NCBI GenBank assembly: GCA_951406725.2
Contig: OX597832.1
Span: forward strand, 43,586,001-43,650,000
Direction: 5' to 3'
DNA from: Octopus vulgaris
Taxonomy: Eukaryota
Length of the DNA stretch: 64,000 nucleotides
Below are positions 1 through 12,596 of this stretch, in pieces (position 1 is the stretch's first letter; every line of letters starts with the position of its first letter). The notes beneath the pieces are model-generated. The model was not told the origin of the DNA. It made no database searches and was given only the letters and a program-made list of their open reading frames with translations. The translations under genes were made by a program, and so were the position numbers.

Positions 1-98
1 CAAAATTTGTCAAACAACTGACTGGAAACAACACAAGCCTTCATGCAAGACTTCAGAGACTAAAGTTGATAAAAGTTCCAATGGAAAATCAGTTAAAA
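1..98 (+). CDS. Gene A: partial MYND-finger exon (starts before the window)
   Basis: Translates KICQTTDWKQHKPSCKTSETKVDKSSNGKSVK (C-terminal half of MYND: C-Q..DW..H.xxC). Phase-1 donor A|GTTAGT at 98/99. Homologous to the downstream exons. Confidence 0.8.
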
Positions 99-168
99 GT
101 TAGTAATACAAACAAGAAATATTTCCCTTAACTAAGCCATTTTATATTTCAACTACATAAATACATAC

Positions 169-397
169 ATATTTCTTTACTGCCCACAAGGGGCTAAACA
201 CAGAGAGGACAAACAAAGACAGACAAACGGATTAAGTCGATTATATCGACCCCAGTGCGTAACTGGTGCTTAATTTATCGACCCCGAAAGGATGAAAGGC
301 AAAGTTGACCTCGGCGGAATTTGAACTCAGAACATAACGGTAGACGAAATACGGCTACACATTTCGCCCGGCGTGCTAACGTTTCTGCCAGCTCGCT
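169..397 (-). mobile_element. SINE family 2 (B-box GAGTTCAAATTCC)
   Basis: Copies at ~1290-1400, 3100-3310, 7510-7745, 8105-8335, 13681-13912, 14223-14455(+), 53905-54015, and tandem pairs inside each 1.24-kb unit. Confidence 0.85.
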
Positions 398-411
398 ACA
401 TACATGGCGAA

Positions 412-790
412 CCCCAACTTCTCAGAATTCTTCACTATACTCGTTGCCAACCTTCACCTTACTGACAGCATCCCTGTACGGGGCTTGTACAGCTCTTACT
501 AGCCACTCATCTATCCCCAGTTTCCACATTGACCACCAGATGAGAGATCGGGGGACCGTGTCAAAGGCCTTCTTCAAGTCTACAAAAGCCAGGTACAAAG
601 ATTTATCTTTGGCTAGGTATTTCTCCTGTAGTTGCCTTACCAGAAATATAGCATCAGTGGTGCTTCTACCTGGCACAAAACCAAACTGCATCTCATCTAG
701 GTTAACTCTATCCCTAATTAGTTGGGCTATGACCCTCTCTATAACTTTTATCACCTGATCCAATAATTTGATACCCCTGTAGTTACATAC
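412..790 (-). mobile_element. RTE-type non-LTR retrotransposon RT fragment
   Basis: NYRGIKLL...QFGFVPGRSTTDAIF..RQLQEK...LAFVDLKKAFD.VPR match RT subdomains 1-3. Confidence 0.88.
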
Positions 791-1029
791 ATACATTATA
801 TATGTGTGTGTGTGTAGATAAATAGATAGATGTATATGAATATAAAAACCATAAAATATCAGGAGGTATGAGAGAGGAATATCTTTATTTAACCACTTGG
901 CATCCTTAGGGTTATAGTGGTTATCCTAAATAAACACTTCATCCACAGTAACAACATTAAGACTTTTAAATAATACATGTTGTAAAAGTGTTTGATTTTT
1001 TTTCTGTTTTTCACCTTCTTCCCAAACAG

Positions 1030-1167
1030 GTCAGTGTGCCAGATGTAAAAAGTCAGATGCAGTGTTGAAAAAATGTTCTGGCTGCAACATTGTAGAATAT
1101 TGTTCAAGAGCTTGTCAAAGTGTTGACTGGACAGATCACAAGACTTCATGTAAAAGATCAGTAAAAA
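1030..1167 (+). CDS. Gene A: MYND-finger exon (138 bp, phase 1-1)
   Basis: Polypyrimidine + CAG acceptor. QCARCKKSDAVLKKCSGCNIVEYCSRACQSVDWTDHKTSCKRSVK has all 8 Zn ligands. Donor GTAAAT. Confidence 0.85.
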
Positions 1168-1783
1168 GTAAATAGTTTCTCTACTAAACCACTATATACC
1201 TTCAGTACTGTACACTAATTTATACCGTACCACATTATTTTCCGGCATATCAGTCGAATTATTCAGACCAAAATCTACTGCCAAGATAGGTATCTGTTTC
1301 TTTATTGCCCACAAGGGGCTAAACATAGAGGAGACAAACAAGGACGGACAAAGGGATTAAGTTGATTACATTGACCCCAGTGCGTAACTGGTACTTAACT
1401 GATGTTGTTGATGTTGAAATTCCAATGAAGGGGCCTTGGATCCAGGTTAGAAACTGGCTCTTACTCTATTGGCAAGAAACCTTGAAATAAAACTAAGCAT
1501 TGACATACACACACACACACACACACACATACACACAAAGAAGGGAGATGAGAGAGGTAGTGTTCTGTATAATGAAGGCATGTCAGAGACACTGCTCCCT
1601 TGTTGGCTCAACAAACTGATGAATGACTAAATTCTTCAACTGAGGGTTGCTACACAATCAACTGGCATCGACTTTGGTCGCTTATAAATAAACTCTTTTA
1701 CCCACAACAGCCACATTAACACATTTCAATTGCACACCTGGTAGAAGTGTTTCATATATTATGTTTTACGTCTGTCCAAACAG

Positions 1784-1921
1784 GTCAATGTGCCAGGTGT
1801 AAAAAGTCAGGTGCAGGGTTGAAAAAATGTTCTGGCTGCAACAGTGTAGAATATTGTTCAAGAATTTGTCAAACAACTGACTGGGAACAACACAAGACTT
1901 CATGTAAAAGATCAGTTAAAG
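1784..1921 (+). CDS. Gene A: MYND-finger exon (138 bp, phase 1-1)
   Basis: AACAG acceptor. QCARCKKSGAGLKKCSGCNSVEYCSRICQTTDWEQHKTSCKRSVK. Donor GTGAGT. Confidence 0.88.
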
Positions 1922-2163
1922 GTGAGTGTTAACAGCAGGTAAATTATTCCCCCACTAACCCATTATATACCTGCAGTACTGTACCCCAATTTATGCCTCC
2001 AATACTGCACTACGTTATTTTCTGGCATACCAGTTGAGTTATTCCAACCAAAATCTACTGCCAAGAAAGGTCGGCCTATCTATATACAAAGACATTAAAA
2101 CTTTTAAATCATACATGTGGTAGAAGTGTTCAGATATTTTCTGTTTTCCATCTCCCCCAACAG

Positions 2164-2337
2164 GTCAATGTGCCAGGTGTAAAAAGTCAGGTGTAGCACT
2201 GAAAAAATGTGTTGCTTGCAACAATGTGGAATATTGTTCCAAAGTTTGTCAAACAGCTGACTGGGAACATCACAAGAATTCATGCAAACCTGCTAATACT
2301 GAAGATGGTGAAAGTTTCAGTAAAATATCAGTCAAAG
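2164..2337 (+). CDS. Gene A: MYND-finger exon (174 bp, phase 1-1)
   Basis: CAG acceptor. QCARCKKSGVALKKCVACNNVEYCSKVCQTADWEHHKNSCKPANTEDGESFSKISVK. Donor GTGAGT. Confidence 0.88.
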
Positions 2338-2530
2338 GTGAGTGACCGAAGTAAGAAATTTGTTTTTCAACAATACCATTTTAGACTTCCACCACATAAA
2401 TATATACTCCCTTCACATAAAAATATTCCTCCATTACTTAAGATATATCACCTCTAAATAAATATATTCTTCTATTACATAAATACAAACCCCCACTACT
2501 TAAATATATACCTCCATACTTAAGTATATG

Positions 2531-2830
2531 TGGAGGCACATGGCCTAGTGGTTAGAGCAGTGGACTCATAGCCGAGGGATTGCAGGTTCGAACCTCAGAC
2601 CAGGTGATGTGTGTGTTTATGAGTGAAACACCTAAGCTCCATGTGGCTCCGGCAGAAGGTAATGGTAAACTTCTGCTGACTCTTTCACCACAACTTTCTC
2701 TCACTCTTGCATCTAGCAGCTCACCTGCAACGTACCAATGTCCCATCCAGGTGGGGAACCTGTACGTCAGTGAAACCAGGAAACCAGCCTTTATGAGCCA
2801 GGCATGGCTCAAGAAGGAACAAACAACATA
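2531..2830 (+). mobile_element. SINE family 4 (tRNA-derived head, A and B boxes)
   Basis: TGGCCTAGTGGTTAG...GGTTCGAACC head and (AAC)n tail. Related copies at ~18570-18742, 20483-20745 and 42085-42382 (-). Confidence 0.75.
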
Positions 2831-3402
2831 CATAAATATATACCCCTACAGCATAAATATATACTACCACTACACAAATATATACTCATTCATTACACAT
2901 ATACATAGAAGAGGTTTCCTTCAGTTTCTCTCCACCAAATCCATTCCTAAGGTTTTGGTCAGCTGATGACTATAGTAGAAGATGCTTACCCAAGGTGCCA
3001 TGCAGTTGGACTGAACCCAGGACCACATGATTTGGAAGCAAACTTTTTACCACACAAAAACACCCACTATAAACAAACAACTTTATATCAAAAATATTCT
3101 TGTCTACTCTAGGCACAAGCCCTAAAATTTTGGGGGGAGAGGAGCCAGTCGATTAGATCAACACTAGTACACAACTGGTACTTCATTTATCGACCCCAAA
3201 GGATGAAATGCAAAGTCGACCTCGGTAGAATTTGAACTCAGAATGTAAAGAAAGACGAAATACTGCTAAGCATTTTGCCTGGCATGCTAACATTTCTGCC
3301 AACTCTCCACCTTCTTATATTAAAATTATTGACTCTTTTAAATGGAACTCTATCACACATGTAGAAGAAATGTTTAATATTTATTCTTCATCTCCTAAAC
3401 AG

Positions 3403-3576
3403 GTCGGTGTGGAAAATGTAAAAGATCAAATGTAAAGTTATCAAAATGTACAGGCTGCGACAATATAGAATATTGTTCCAAAGTTTGTGAAATAGCTGAC
3501 TGGACAGATCACAGGAAATCGTGCCAGATTTCAGAGTCTAAAGGTAATGAAAATTCTTGTATTAACTCAGTTGAAG
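3403..3576 (+). CDS. Gene A: MYND-finger exon (174 bp, phase 1-1)
   Basis: CAG acceptor. RCGKCKRSNVKLSKCTGCDNIEYCSKVCEIADWTDHRKSCQISESK... Donor GTAAGT. Confidence 0.88.
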
Positions 3577-4377
3577 GTAAGTGAGAGAAGCAGGAAATTT
3601 ATTACTCCACCATATTGCTGTACATCTCTATTACACTGCTGTCCACCTCTCCTACATACTTGTATACCTCTACAAAACTAATATATACCTCCACTAACAC
3701 ATAATGTATCTGTGTTAATAGATATACTCTTACTCTTTTACTCTTTTACTTGTTTCAGTCATTTGACTGCGGCCATGCTGGAGCACTGCCGTTTTTAGTC
3801 TAGCAAATCGACCCCAGGACTTATTCTTTGTAAGCCCAGTACTTATTCTATCGGTCTCTTTTTGCCGAACCGCTAAGTGACGGGGACGTAACACACCAGC
3901 ATCGGTTGTCAAGCAATGCTAGGGGGACAAACACAGGCACACACATATATACATACATATATACGACAGGCTTCTTTCAGTTTCCGTCTACCAAATCCAC
4001 TCACAAGGCATTGGTCGGCCCGGGGCTATAGCAGAAGACACTTGCCCAAGATGCCACGCAGTGGAACTGAACCCGGAACCATGTGGTTGGTTAGCAAGCT
4101 ACTTACCACACAGCCACTCCTGCACATTTATTGCCCTTCAGGGAGGAGATGAACATCGTTTTAATGCTGCTATTTTCAGCAGCAATATATTTGTAAAATA
4201 TTTCATTACCATCACTCAATCAATCGATTCAGCCATTGATTTCTAATTGGTGGCCAAGTGTGTTCCTTTCATTTCTCCATAACGTTAGGTCATGCTGGGA
4301 TTGGAAGAGATCCAATTTTTGTCATAGCCATTTCATCCCTTTATCTTGTTCTGTTTCTTTCGTTTCCCAGAACCCCA

Positions 4378-4457
<80 letters not shown>

Positions 4458-4616
4458 TCTCTCTCTATCTATCTCTCAATCTATCTATCTATCTATCTTT
4501 CTCTTATTATCATCTACCTATGACCATGACTAACCGAATTCCCTTGCAAAAGTTATATGACTTTGATTATAGCATTTTGCTTTGCTTGTTTTTGAATCCC
4601 ATTCATTTCTTTTTAG

Positions 4617-4650
<34 letters not shown>

Positions 4651-6329
4651 AGTTCTTAATGTCTCCTTCTCCTTGATTGCAAGGGTCGGATAGAGTTTCC
4701 CGAAGCAGATTTTCTATGGCCAGACATATTTTCACACAATAGTGGAAACGAATAACATTTATTTACAACAGTCATGAAGACAAGCCAAGGTGACACAAAT
4801 ATGCATTTACTCATACCTACATATATATAAATAATTATTATATACATATGTGTGTATAACCAATAGGCTTCTTTCAGTTTCCATCTATGAAATCCCCCCA
4901 CAAAAGCTTTGTCAACCTGGGACTTTAGTAGAAGACTCCCAAGATGCTATGCAGTGAGACTGAACCTGAAATCATGTGATTCAGAAGCAGTCTTCTCGAC
5001 CACCCAACCATGCCTCTCTCCTATGCAACCACACCTCTCTCCTTTCATTATATTTCACTCATAATACATTTATAAGCATCTTGACCTGCTCTTAACTTCC
5101 ATGCTAAGTCTAGACAGATTCTGTGTTCCTGCATCATAAAAAATTCTTGTGGTGATTCTCTGGTTGTAAACTAGTCTTTGAAAGTTTTAGCAGCATTTAA
5201 TTTCAAAGACCAAAGTTGCCATTCCAAATACTTGCCAGCTTAAATTCTTTTTGAAGAAGCCGCAACTGAGATGTCCTTCAAAATGGCATTCCAGGAGTCT
5301 TCGCCTCCAATTATCTTTGTTAATGTCTTCAATTTCCTGTTGTGTGTCTGCCAATAACATCCATGCAACAGAGTGGTCTTTTTCCTCCTTTAGGGCATGG
5401 AACTCGCCAAAATATACCTGATACGGTCTGTTGTTCAGGATAGGTGTATTGACCAGCCAAAGCTACTCTGCATTGAGCAATGATAGAGTGGAATGTGTTC
5501 ATAAATCTCCTCTTATGTCTTATGCTATGAAACGTTTTGAGCCGTTGTGAAAGAGCCTTGGTGTACGTAGGCAGTTGTGTGTAGTTGACTTCATCCTTAG
5601 GAAAAGTCTTGACTCTATCTTAGGTAAAGGCCTGACTTTCAAGCTCATACTTATTCACCATTTAAATTTTTTGGTGGGTGTAAATCTTTGTGGGATGATG
5701 TCAGCAGCTGGGGAGCTGACCAGAACTAGGGGCTGACCGGAAGGGGTAGCAGTGACGTGTGCGCAGGTAGGGTGGCATTCACCCTTTTCAATCTCGGTCG
5801 CCAAGCGAGAGAGTCGGGTCAGCACGTTGTTAAGGTTGGGAGAAGCAGCTGCTATTTCTAGCGTTCGGGTCGGGCTGTGTTGAAGGATCCATTACCGCTG
5901 AGGGGTCTCCCTCTGAACGAAGAGAAGGTAGGTGCCTTTATTTCAAATCTCTCGCATACACCACAATCTTACTGAAGTTAGTGTAATTTTTTCTCTTTAA
6001 AAGGATTTTTCTTTAACTTTAATATTGAGTATTTCATCTCTCACTTTGAACTTTATTTCATGTTCTTTTTAATGTTCATTCTTAAACCTATTACTTTTGC
6101 ATTCTATATTAAGTCATCTTAACATCATTTGAAGTTCACCCAAATCTCTCACCTGAGTACTCTGTTGTCTGCAAATTGATTTTAAATCTCAGTTAAAAAA
6201 ATGTTTCAAGAATATTCTACAGTAGATTGGAAACAGTAAACAATAGGGGAATAGAATCTCCCTATCTTAAAACCATTTTGCAGTAGAAATTTTTTAGAAT
6301 CTTTTATGTAGTCTCATGAAAAACGTTAC

Positions 6330-6535
6330 ACGGTTCTAAGTCAGCTCCCTTGACTTTCGGAAACATTTTTTCACGCTCAGGGTTGCTGAAGCGTGGAATA
6401 AACTGCCTGCATCAGTTGTTGACTGCCATGACACTGCATCCTTTAAGGCCCTCATGCTTCCCGAAATCCGTCGAAACTACACCTGATTATATATACACTT
6501 TAGATGAGTTGTAGTGCACCTGAGCACTGTACACA

Positions 6536-6570
<35 letters not shown>
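6330..6570 (+). mobile_element. CR1/L2-like LINE 3' end with (TAT)n tail
   Basis: Encodes FRKHFFTLRVAEAWNKLPASVV, a CR1-type ORF2 C-terminus. Second copy at ~41385-41780 (-). Confidence 0.7.
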
Positions 6571-6571
<1 letters not shown>

Positions 6572-6687
6572 AGCTGCAGCATCTTATCGACTATGACAAA
6601 ATCCTTTCTCACATTAGCAACATAAACTCTTAAATAAAAGTTTGTAGGTGTGTTTGATGTTTTTGTTTTTCTTATCTCTCGAAACAG

Positions 6688-6855
6688 GTGAATGTGCCAA
6701 TTGTTCCAGGTCAATGAGAAAATGTTCAGGCTGTAACAGTGTAGAATATTGTTCTAAAGAATGTGAAAGTGCTCATTGGAAACATCACAAGACTTCGTGC
6801 AAGCCTTCAAAAGCAGAAGCTGATGACTCTTCCCCCAGTGAAAAATCAGTTAAAA
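6688..6855 (+). CDS. Gene A: MYND-finger exon (168 bp, phase 1-1)
   Basis: CAG acceptor. ECANCSRSMRKCSGCNSVEYCSKECESAHWKHHKTSCKPSK... Donor GTGAGT. Confidence 0.88.
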
Positions 6856-6878
6856 GTGAGTTACAGAAATAAGAAATA

Positions 6879-7235
6879 TCATCATCATCATCATCATCAT
6901 CATCGTTTAACGTCCGTTTTCCGCGCTAGCACGGGTTGGACGGTTCAACCGGGGTCTGGGAAGCCAGGGGCTGCACCAGGCTCCAGTCTGATCTGGAAGA
7001 GTTTCTACAGCTGGATGCCCTTCCTAACGCCAACCACTCCGCGAGTGTAGTGGGTGCTTTTTACGTGCCACCTGCACAGGTGCCAGGGGTGTCCGGCATC
7101 GGTTATGATCGGTTGGAGCTTTTAACGTGCCACCGGCACGGAAGCCAGCCAAGGCGGCGCTGGCAACGGCCACGTTCGGATCGTGCTTTTTATGTGCAAC
7201 TGGCACAGAAGCCAGTCGGGGTGGCGCTGGCAACA
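6879..7235 (-). mobile_element. SINE family 3 with (GAT)n tail (RTE-partner-like)
   Basis: Copies at ~16390-16650, 16807-17068, 25583-26080, 26880-27312, 38900-39330, 44650-44953, 47468-47772 and 49129-49570. Confidence 0.8.
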
Positions 7236-8667
7236 TCTCTCCCAACACATTATAACACCACGAAACAGTATAACGACACTACACCATAATACAGTACCTC
7301 AACACAATATAACATCTCTGTACCATAATATTCTACCGCAACACAACCTCCACTGTATCACCTTAGCATTGTATACCATCAGAGTACCACTGTATACATC
7401 CTCTACAGCACAGGACCCTATCTTTATGCCACAACAGACATACGCTACTGCACTATGCCGGGAACCCCTTCGGTCATGACTGACCACGGGATTGCACCTA
7501 GAAAGTTACCTATTTCTTTACTACCCACAAGGGGCTAAACACAGAGGGGACAAACAAGGACAGACAGACGGATTAGGTCGGTTATATCGATCCCAGTGCA
7601 TAACTGGTACTTAATTTATCGACCCCGAAAGGATGAAAGGCAAAGTCGACCTCGGCGGAATTTGAACTCAGAACGTAGCAGCTGACGAAATACCCGCTTA
7701 GCATTTCGCCCGGTGTGCTAACGTTTCTGCCAGCTCACCACCTTAACCAGCTCGACCCTCCCAGGCACAAGTCCGGGCAAGGTTGTTTATGGAAGACCAG
7801 CAGTCGCCCATGCATACCGGCCTCCCCTCTCCACGTCACCAGTGTTATCCAAGGGAAAGGCAAAGGGGCCGATACAGCTTGGCACTCGTGACGTCGCAAC
7901 TCATTTCTACAGCTGAGTGAACTGGAGCAACGTGAAATAAAGTGTCTTGCTCAAGAACACAACATGCAGCCCAATCCGGGATTCGAACTCACAACCTCAC
8001 GATCGTAAGCTCGACGCTCTAACCACTGAGCCATGTGCCTTCACTGCACTATATAACGCAACTAAATCAACACCTTAGCACATCACTGTACACTTATACT
8101 ATACCTATTTCTTTACTACCCACAAGGGGTTAAACACAGAGAGGACAAACAAGGACAGACAAATGGATTAAGTCGATTACATTGACCCCAGTGCGTAACT
8201 GGTCCTTAATTTATCGATTCTGAAAGGATGAAAGGCAAAGTCGACCTCGGTGGAATTTGAACTCAGGACGTAACGGCAGACGAAATACGGCTACGCATTT
8301 CGCCCGGCGTGCTAACGTTTCTGCCAGCTCGCCACCTATACACTTATACTATACCACTATGCACTCCTCTGCACCACTGTACACTCTACCACTTCTTGCC
8401 ATCAATTCACCTTTGCCTTATATTCCGATAATCTACATGTAAACGTGTGTGTGGTTATACTTTTACCTTTTTTCATTCATTAGACTGCAACCATGCTGTG
8501 GCACTGCCTTGAGGAATTTTTAGTCAAACTAATCAACTTGTTTTGAAACCTGGTGCTTATTCTATCAGTCTATTTTGCCAAAGTGCTAAGCTAGAGGGAC
8601 ATAAACATACCAATACTAGCTGTCAAGCAGTGGTGAGGGACAAACACAGACACGAAGACGTGCACGT

Positions 8668-8704
<37 letters not shown>

Positions 8705-8705
<1 letters not shown>

Positions 8706-9000
8706 CCTTGACTGTGTTGGAAACTTTTTGATAACTTAGCATAGGCCTCTGAACAGGTATCACCAAGCTTTTGGCAAAATTTAATGCAGATTCTCTGCTC
8801 AACTTTCTCTCTTATGGCCATTGTGATGATCACACTCTACTCACCTTCCTTCCAAGTACTGCTGTAAACAGTGAACGTGAGCTAGAATGTTAAAACTTCG
8901 TGCACATGTACAGCAGAGTTCAGAGTCAATCTCTGCCGAGTGGCTTCACTCTTCATGTTTTAGCTTCGTTACTATAGCAACGGTCTGGATACCTATTGAT

Positions 9001-9002
<2 letters not shown>
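8705..9002 (-). mobile_element. mariner transposon 5' remnant
   Basis: EKVEQRICIKFCQKLGDTCSEAYAKL resembles the N-terminal HTH of mariner transposases. The end abuts a TA run. Confidence 0.6.
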
Positions 9003-9044
<42 letters not shown>

Positions 9045-9598
9045 GTGTGTATGTATTCATGTATGTATTTATGTATATATATATATATGTGACCTCGTGT
9101 GTACCGTTGGCAATTTTTTCCTATGTCTTTCCTTCTCCTATGTTTCCGACGAAGAGCTCCGCTCGAAATGTTGAACACTCCTTCTTTCCTGAACGTCCAA
9201 TAATACTATTTTTGTTCCTAGTCCTCGCTTTTTTTATTTGTTCCACGTCCTCGCATTGTTGTGTTTTTTTGTGTTTTCTTGTTTGGATTAACTATATATA
9301 TATATATAGATGCTGGACTTCTTTCAGTTTCGGTCTACCAAGTCCACTCACATGACTTTGGTCAGCCTGAGGCTATAGAAGACACTTGCCCAAGGTGCCA
9401 TGTAGCGGAACTGAACCCAGAGCATTGTGGTTGGATGGCAAGCTTCTTAGCACATAACCACATTTATCTTATACCAGCAGGGCCTGTGAATATTTCAGAG
9501 AATTAATGGTAAACCTTGTGGTTATTTCTGAAAACTTTATTCGAAATACCTGAAAGTATAGGCTGTGGTGTGTCTGTATGGAAAGTTAGTCACTCATT

Positions 9599-9763
9599 AG
9601 GCGCAGGAGTGGCTGTGTGGTAAGTAGCTTGCTAACCAACCACATGGTTCCAGGTTCAGTCCCACTGCGTGGCATCTTGGGCAAGTGTCTTCTGCTATAG
9701 CCCCCGGGCCAACCAATGCCTTGTGAGTGGATTTGGTAGACGGAAACTGAAAGAAGCCTGTCG

Positions 9764-9804
<41 letters not shown>

Positions 9805-10010
9805 CTGTGTTTGTTCCCCTAGCATTGCTTGACAACCGATGCTGGTGTGTTTACGGTCCCCGTCACTTAGCAGTTTGGCAAAAAGAGACCGATAGAATAA
9901 GTACTGGGCTTACAAAAAGAATAAGTCCCGGGGTCGAGTTGTTCGACTAAAGGCGGTGCTCCAGCATGGCCGCAGTCAAATGACTAAAACAAGTAAAAGA
10001 GTAAAAGAGT
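9599..10010 (+). mobile_element. SINE family 1 (tRNA-like head, internal (TA)n(TG)n, AAGAGTA tail)
   Basis: GGCGCAGGAGTGGCTGTGTGGTAAG...GGTTCAGTCCC. Copies at ~3727-4103(-), 14535-14940(-), 15095-15485, 24925-25350, 43485-43858, 44967-45372, 52059-52452, 63620-64000 and a partial at 60768-60840(-). Confidence 0.85.
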
Positions 10011-10113
10011 ATCCGTTACACATTGAAAAGTGAACGAAATTGGAATAAACTCTTTACCCATAATAACTATTTCTAGCTTAAGCACATGATCTGAAATTTG
10101 TTAGAGGGGATTT

Positions 10114-12596
10114 GTCAGGTAAATAGATCCCAGGACTTGACTGGTAGTTTATTTTATCTCAACCCTGAAGGGTATGAAGGCAAAGTCAGGTAAATAGATC
10201 CCAGGACTTGACTGGTAGTTTATTTTATCTCAACCCTGAAGGGTATGAAGGCAAAGTCAGGTAAATAGATCCCAGGACTTGACTGGTAGTTTATTTTATC
10301 TCAACCCTGAAGGGTATGAAAGCAAAGTCAGGTAAATAGATCCCAGGACTTGACTGGTAGTTTATTTTATCTCAACCCTGAAGGGTATGAAGGCAAAGTC
10401 AGGTAAATAGATCCCAGGACTTGACTGGTAGTTTATTTTATCTCAACCCTGAAGGGTATGAAGGCAAAGTCAGGTAAATAGATCCCAGGACTTGACTGGT
10501 AGTTTATTTTATCTCAACCCTGAAGGGTATGAAGGCAAAGTCAGGTAAATAGATCCCAGGACTTGACTGGTAGTTTATTTTATCTCAACCCTGAAGGGTA
10601 TGAAGGCAAAGTCAGGTAAATAGATCCCAGGACTTGACTGGTAGTTTATTTTATCTCAACCCTGAAGGGTATGAAGGCAAAGTCAGGTAAATAGATCCCA
10701 GGACTTGACTGGTAGTTTATTTTATCTCAACCCTGAAGGGTATGAAGGCAAAGTCAGGTAAATAGATCCCAGGACTTGACTGGTAGTTTATTTTATCTCA
10801 ACCCTGAAGGGTATGAAGGCAAAGTCAGGTAAATAGATCCCAGGACTTGACTGGTAGTTTATTTTATCTCAACCCTGAAGGGTATGAAGGCAAAGTCAGG
10901 TAAATAGATCCCAGGACTTGACTGGTAGTTTATTTTATCTCAACCCTGAAGGGTATGAAGGCAAAGTCAGGTAAATAGATCCCAGGACTTGACTGGTAGT
11001 TTATTTTATCTCAACCCTGAAGGGTATGAAGGCAAAGTCAGGTAAATAGATCCCAGGACTTGACTGGTAGTTTATTTTATCTCAACCCTGAAGGGTATGA
11101 AGGCAAAGTCAGGTAAATAGATCCCAGGACTTGACTGGTAGTTTATTTTATCTCAACCCTGAAGGGTATGAAGGCAAAGTCAGGTAAATAGATCCCAGGA
11201 CTTGACTGGTAGTTTATTTTATCTCAACCCTGAAGGGTATGAAGGCAAAGTCAGGTAAATAGATCCCAGGACTTGACTGGTAGTTTATTTTATCTCAACC
11301 CTGAAGGGTATGAAGGCAAAGTCAGGTAAATAGATCCCAGGACTTGACTGGTAGTTTATTTTATCTCAACCCTGAAGGGTATGAAGGCAAAGTCAGGTAA
11401 ATAGATCCCAGGACTTGACTGGTAGTTTATTTTATCTCAACCCTGAAGGGTATGAAGGCAAAGTCAGGTAAATAGATCCCAGGACTTGACTGGTAGTTTA
11501 TTTTATCTCAACCCTGAAGGGTATGAAGGCAAAGTCAGGTAAATAGATCCCAGGACTTGACTGGTAGTTTATTTTATCTCAACCCTGAAGGGTATGAAGG
11601 CAAAGTCAGGTAAATAGATCCCAGGACTTGACTGGTAGTTTATTTTATCTCAACCCTGAAGGGTATGAAGGCAAAGTCAGGTAAATAGATCCCAGGACTT
11701 GACTGGTAGTTTATTTTATCTCAACCCTGAAGGGTATGAAGGCAAAGTCAGGTAAATAGATCCCAGGACTTGACTGGTAGTTTATTTTATCTCAACCCTG
11801 AAGGGTATGAAGGCAAAGTCAGGTAAATAGATCCCAGGACTTGACTGGTAGTTTATTTTATCTCAACCCTGAAGGGTATGAAGGCAAAGTCAGGTAAATA
11901 GATCCCAGGACTTGACTGGTAGTTTATTTTATCTCAACCCTGAAGGGTATGAAGGCAAAGTCAGGTAAATAGATCCCAGGACTTGACTGGTAGTTTATTT
12001 TATCTCAACCCTGAAGGGTATGAAGGCAAAGTCAGGTAAATAGATCCCAGGACTTGACTGGTAGTTTATTTTATCTCAACCCTGAAGGGTATGAAGGCAA
12101 AGTCAGGTAAATAGATCCCAGGACTTGACTGGTAGTTTATTTTATCTCAACCCTGAAGGGTATGAAGGCAAAGTCAGGTAAATAGATCCCAGGACTTGAC
12201 TGGTAGTTTATTTTATCTCAACCCTGAAGGGTATGAAGGCAAAGTCAGGTAAATAGATCCCAGGACTTGACTGGTAGTTTATTTTATCTCAACCCTGAAG
12301 GGTATGAAGGCAAAGTCAGGTAAATAGATCCCAGGACTTGACTGGTAGTTTATTTTATCTCAACCCTGAAGGGTATGAAGGCAAAGTCAGGTAAATAGAT
12401 CCCAGGACTTGACTGGTAGTTTATTTTATCTCAACCCTGAAGGGTATGAAGGCAAAGTCAGGTAAATAGATCCCAGGACTTGACTGGTAGTTTATTTTAT
12501 CTCAACCCTGAAGGGTATGAAGGCAAAGTCAGGTAAATAGATCCCAGGACTTGACTGGTAGTTTATTTTATCAACCCTGAAGGGTATGAAGGCAAA
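10114..12596. repeat. 71-bp tandem satellite, 35 copies, derived from a SINE interior
   Basis: Unit GTCAGGTAAATAGATCCCAGGACTTGACTGGTAGTTTATTTTATCTCAACCCTGAAGGGTATGAAGGCAAA. Units start at 10114, 10185 and so on. Near-identical copies; the last unit has a 2-bp deletion. Continues into SINE sequence GTCGACC...ATTTGAACTC. Confidence 0.95.

Noticed and set aside
3916-4152. Recurrent short ORFs (RHLPKMPRSGTEPG..., [10 protein letters not shown]...) suggesting a gene family
   Set aside because: They come from high-copy SINEs with tRNA-like heads and simple-repeat tails.
5060-5930. Possible decayed retroelement or coding remnant on the minus strand
   Set aside because: Higher GC and partly open frames, but no motif I can confidently assign.
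10114-12596. CRISPR-like array
   Set aside because: The units are contiguous and identical with no unique spacers, there are no cas genes, and the context is eukaryotic. It is a SINE-derived satellite.
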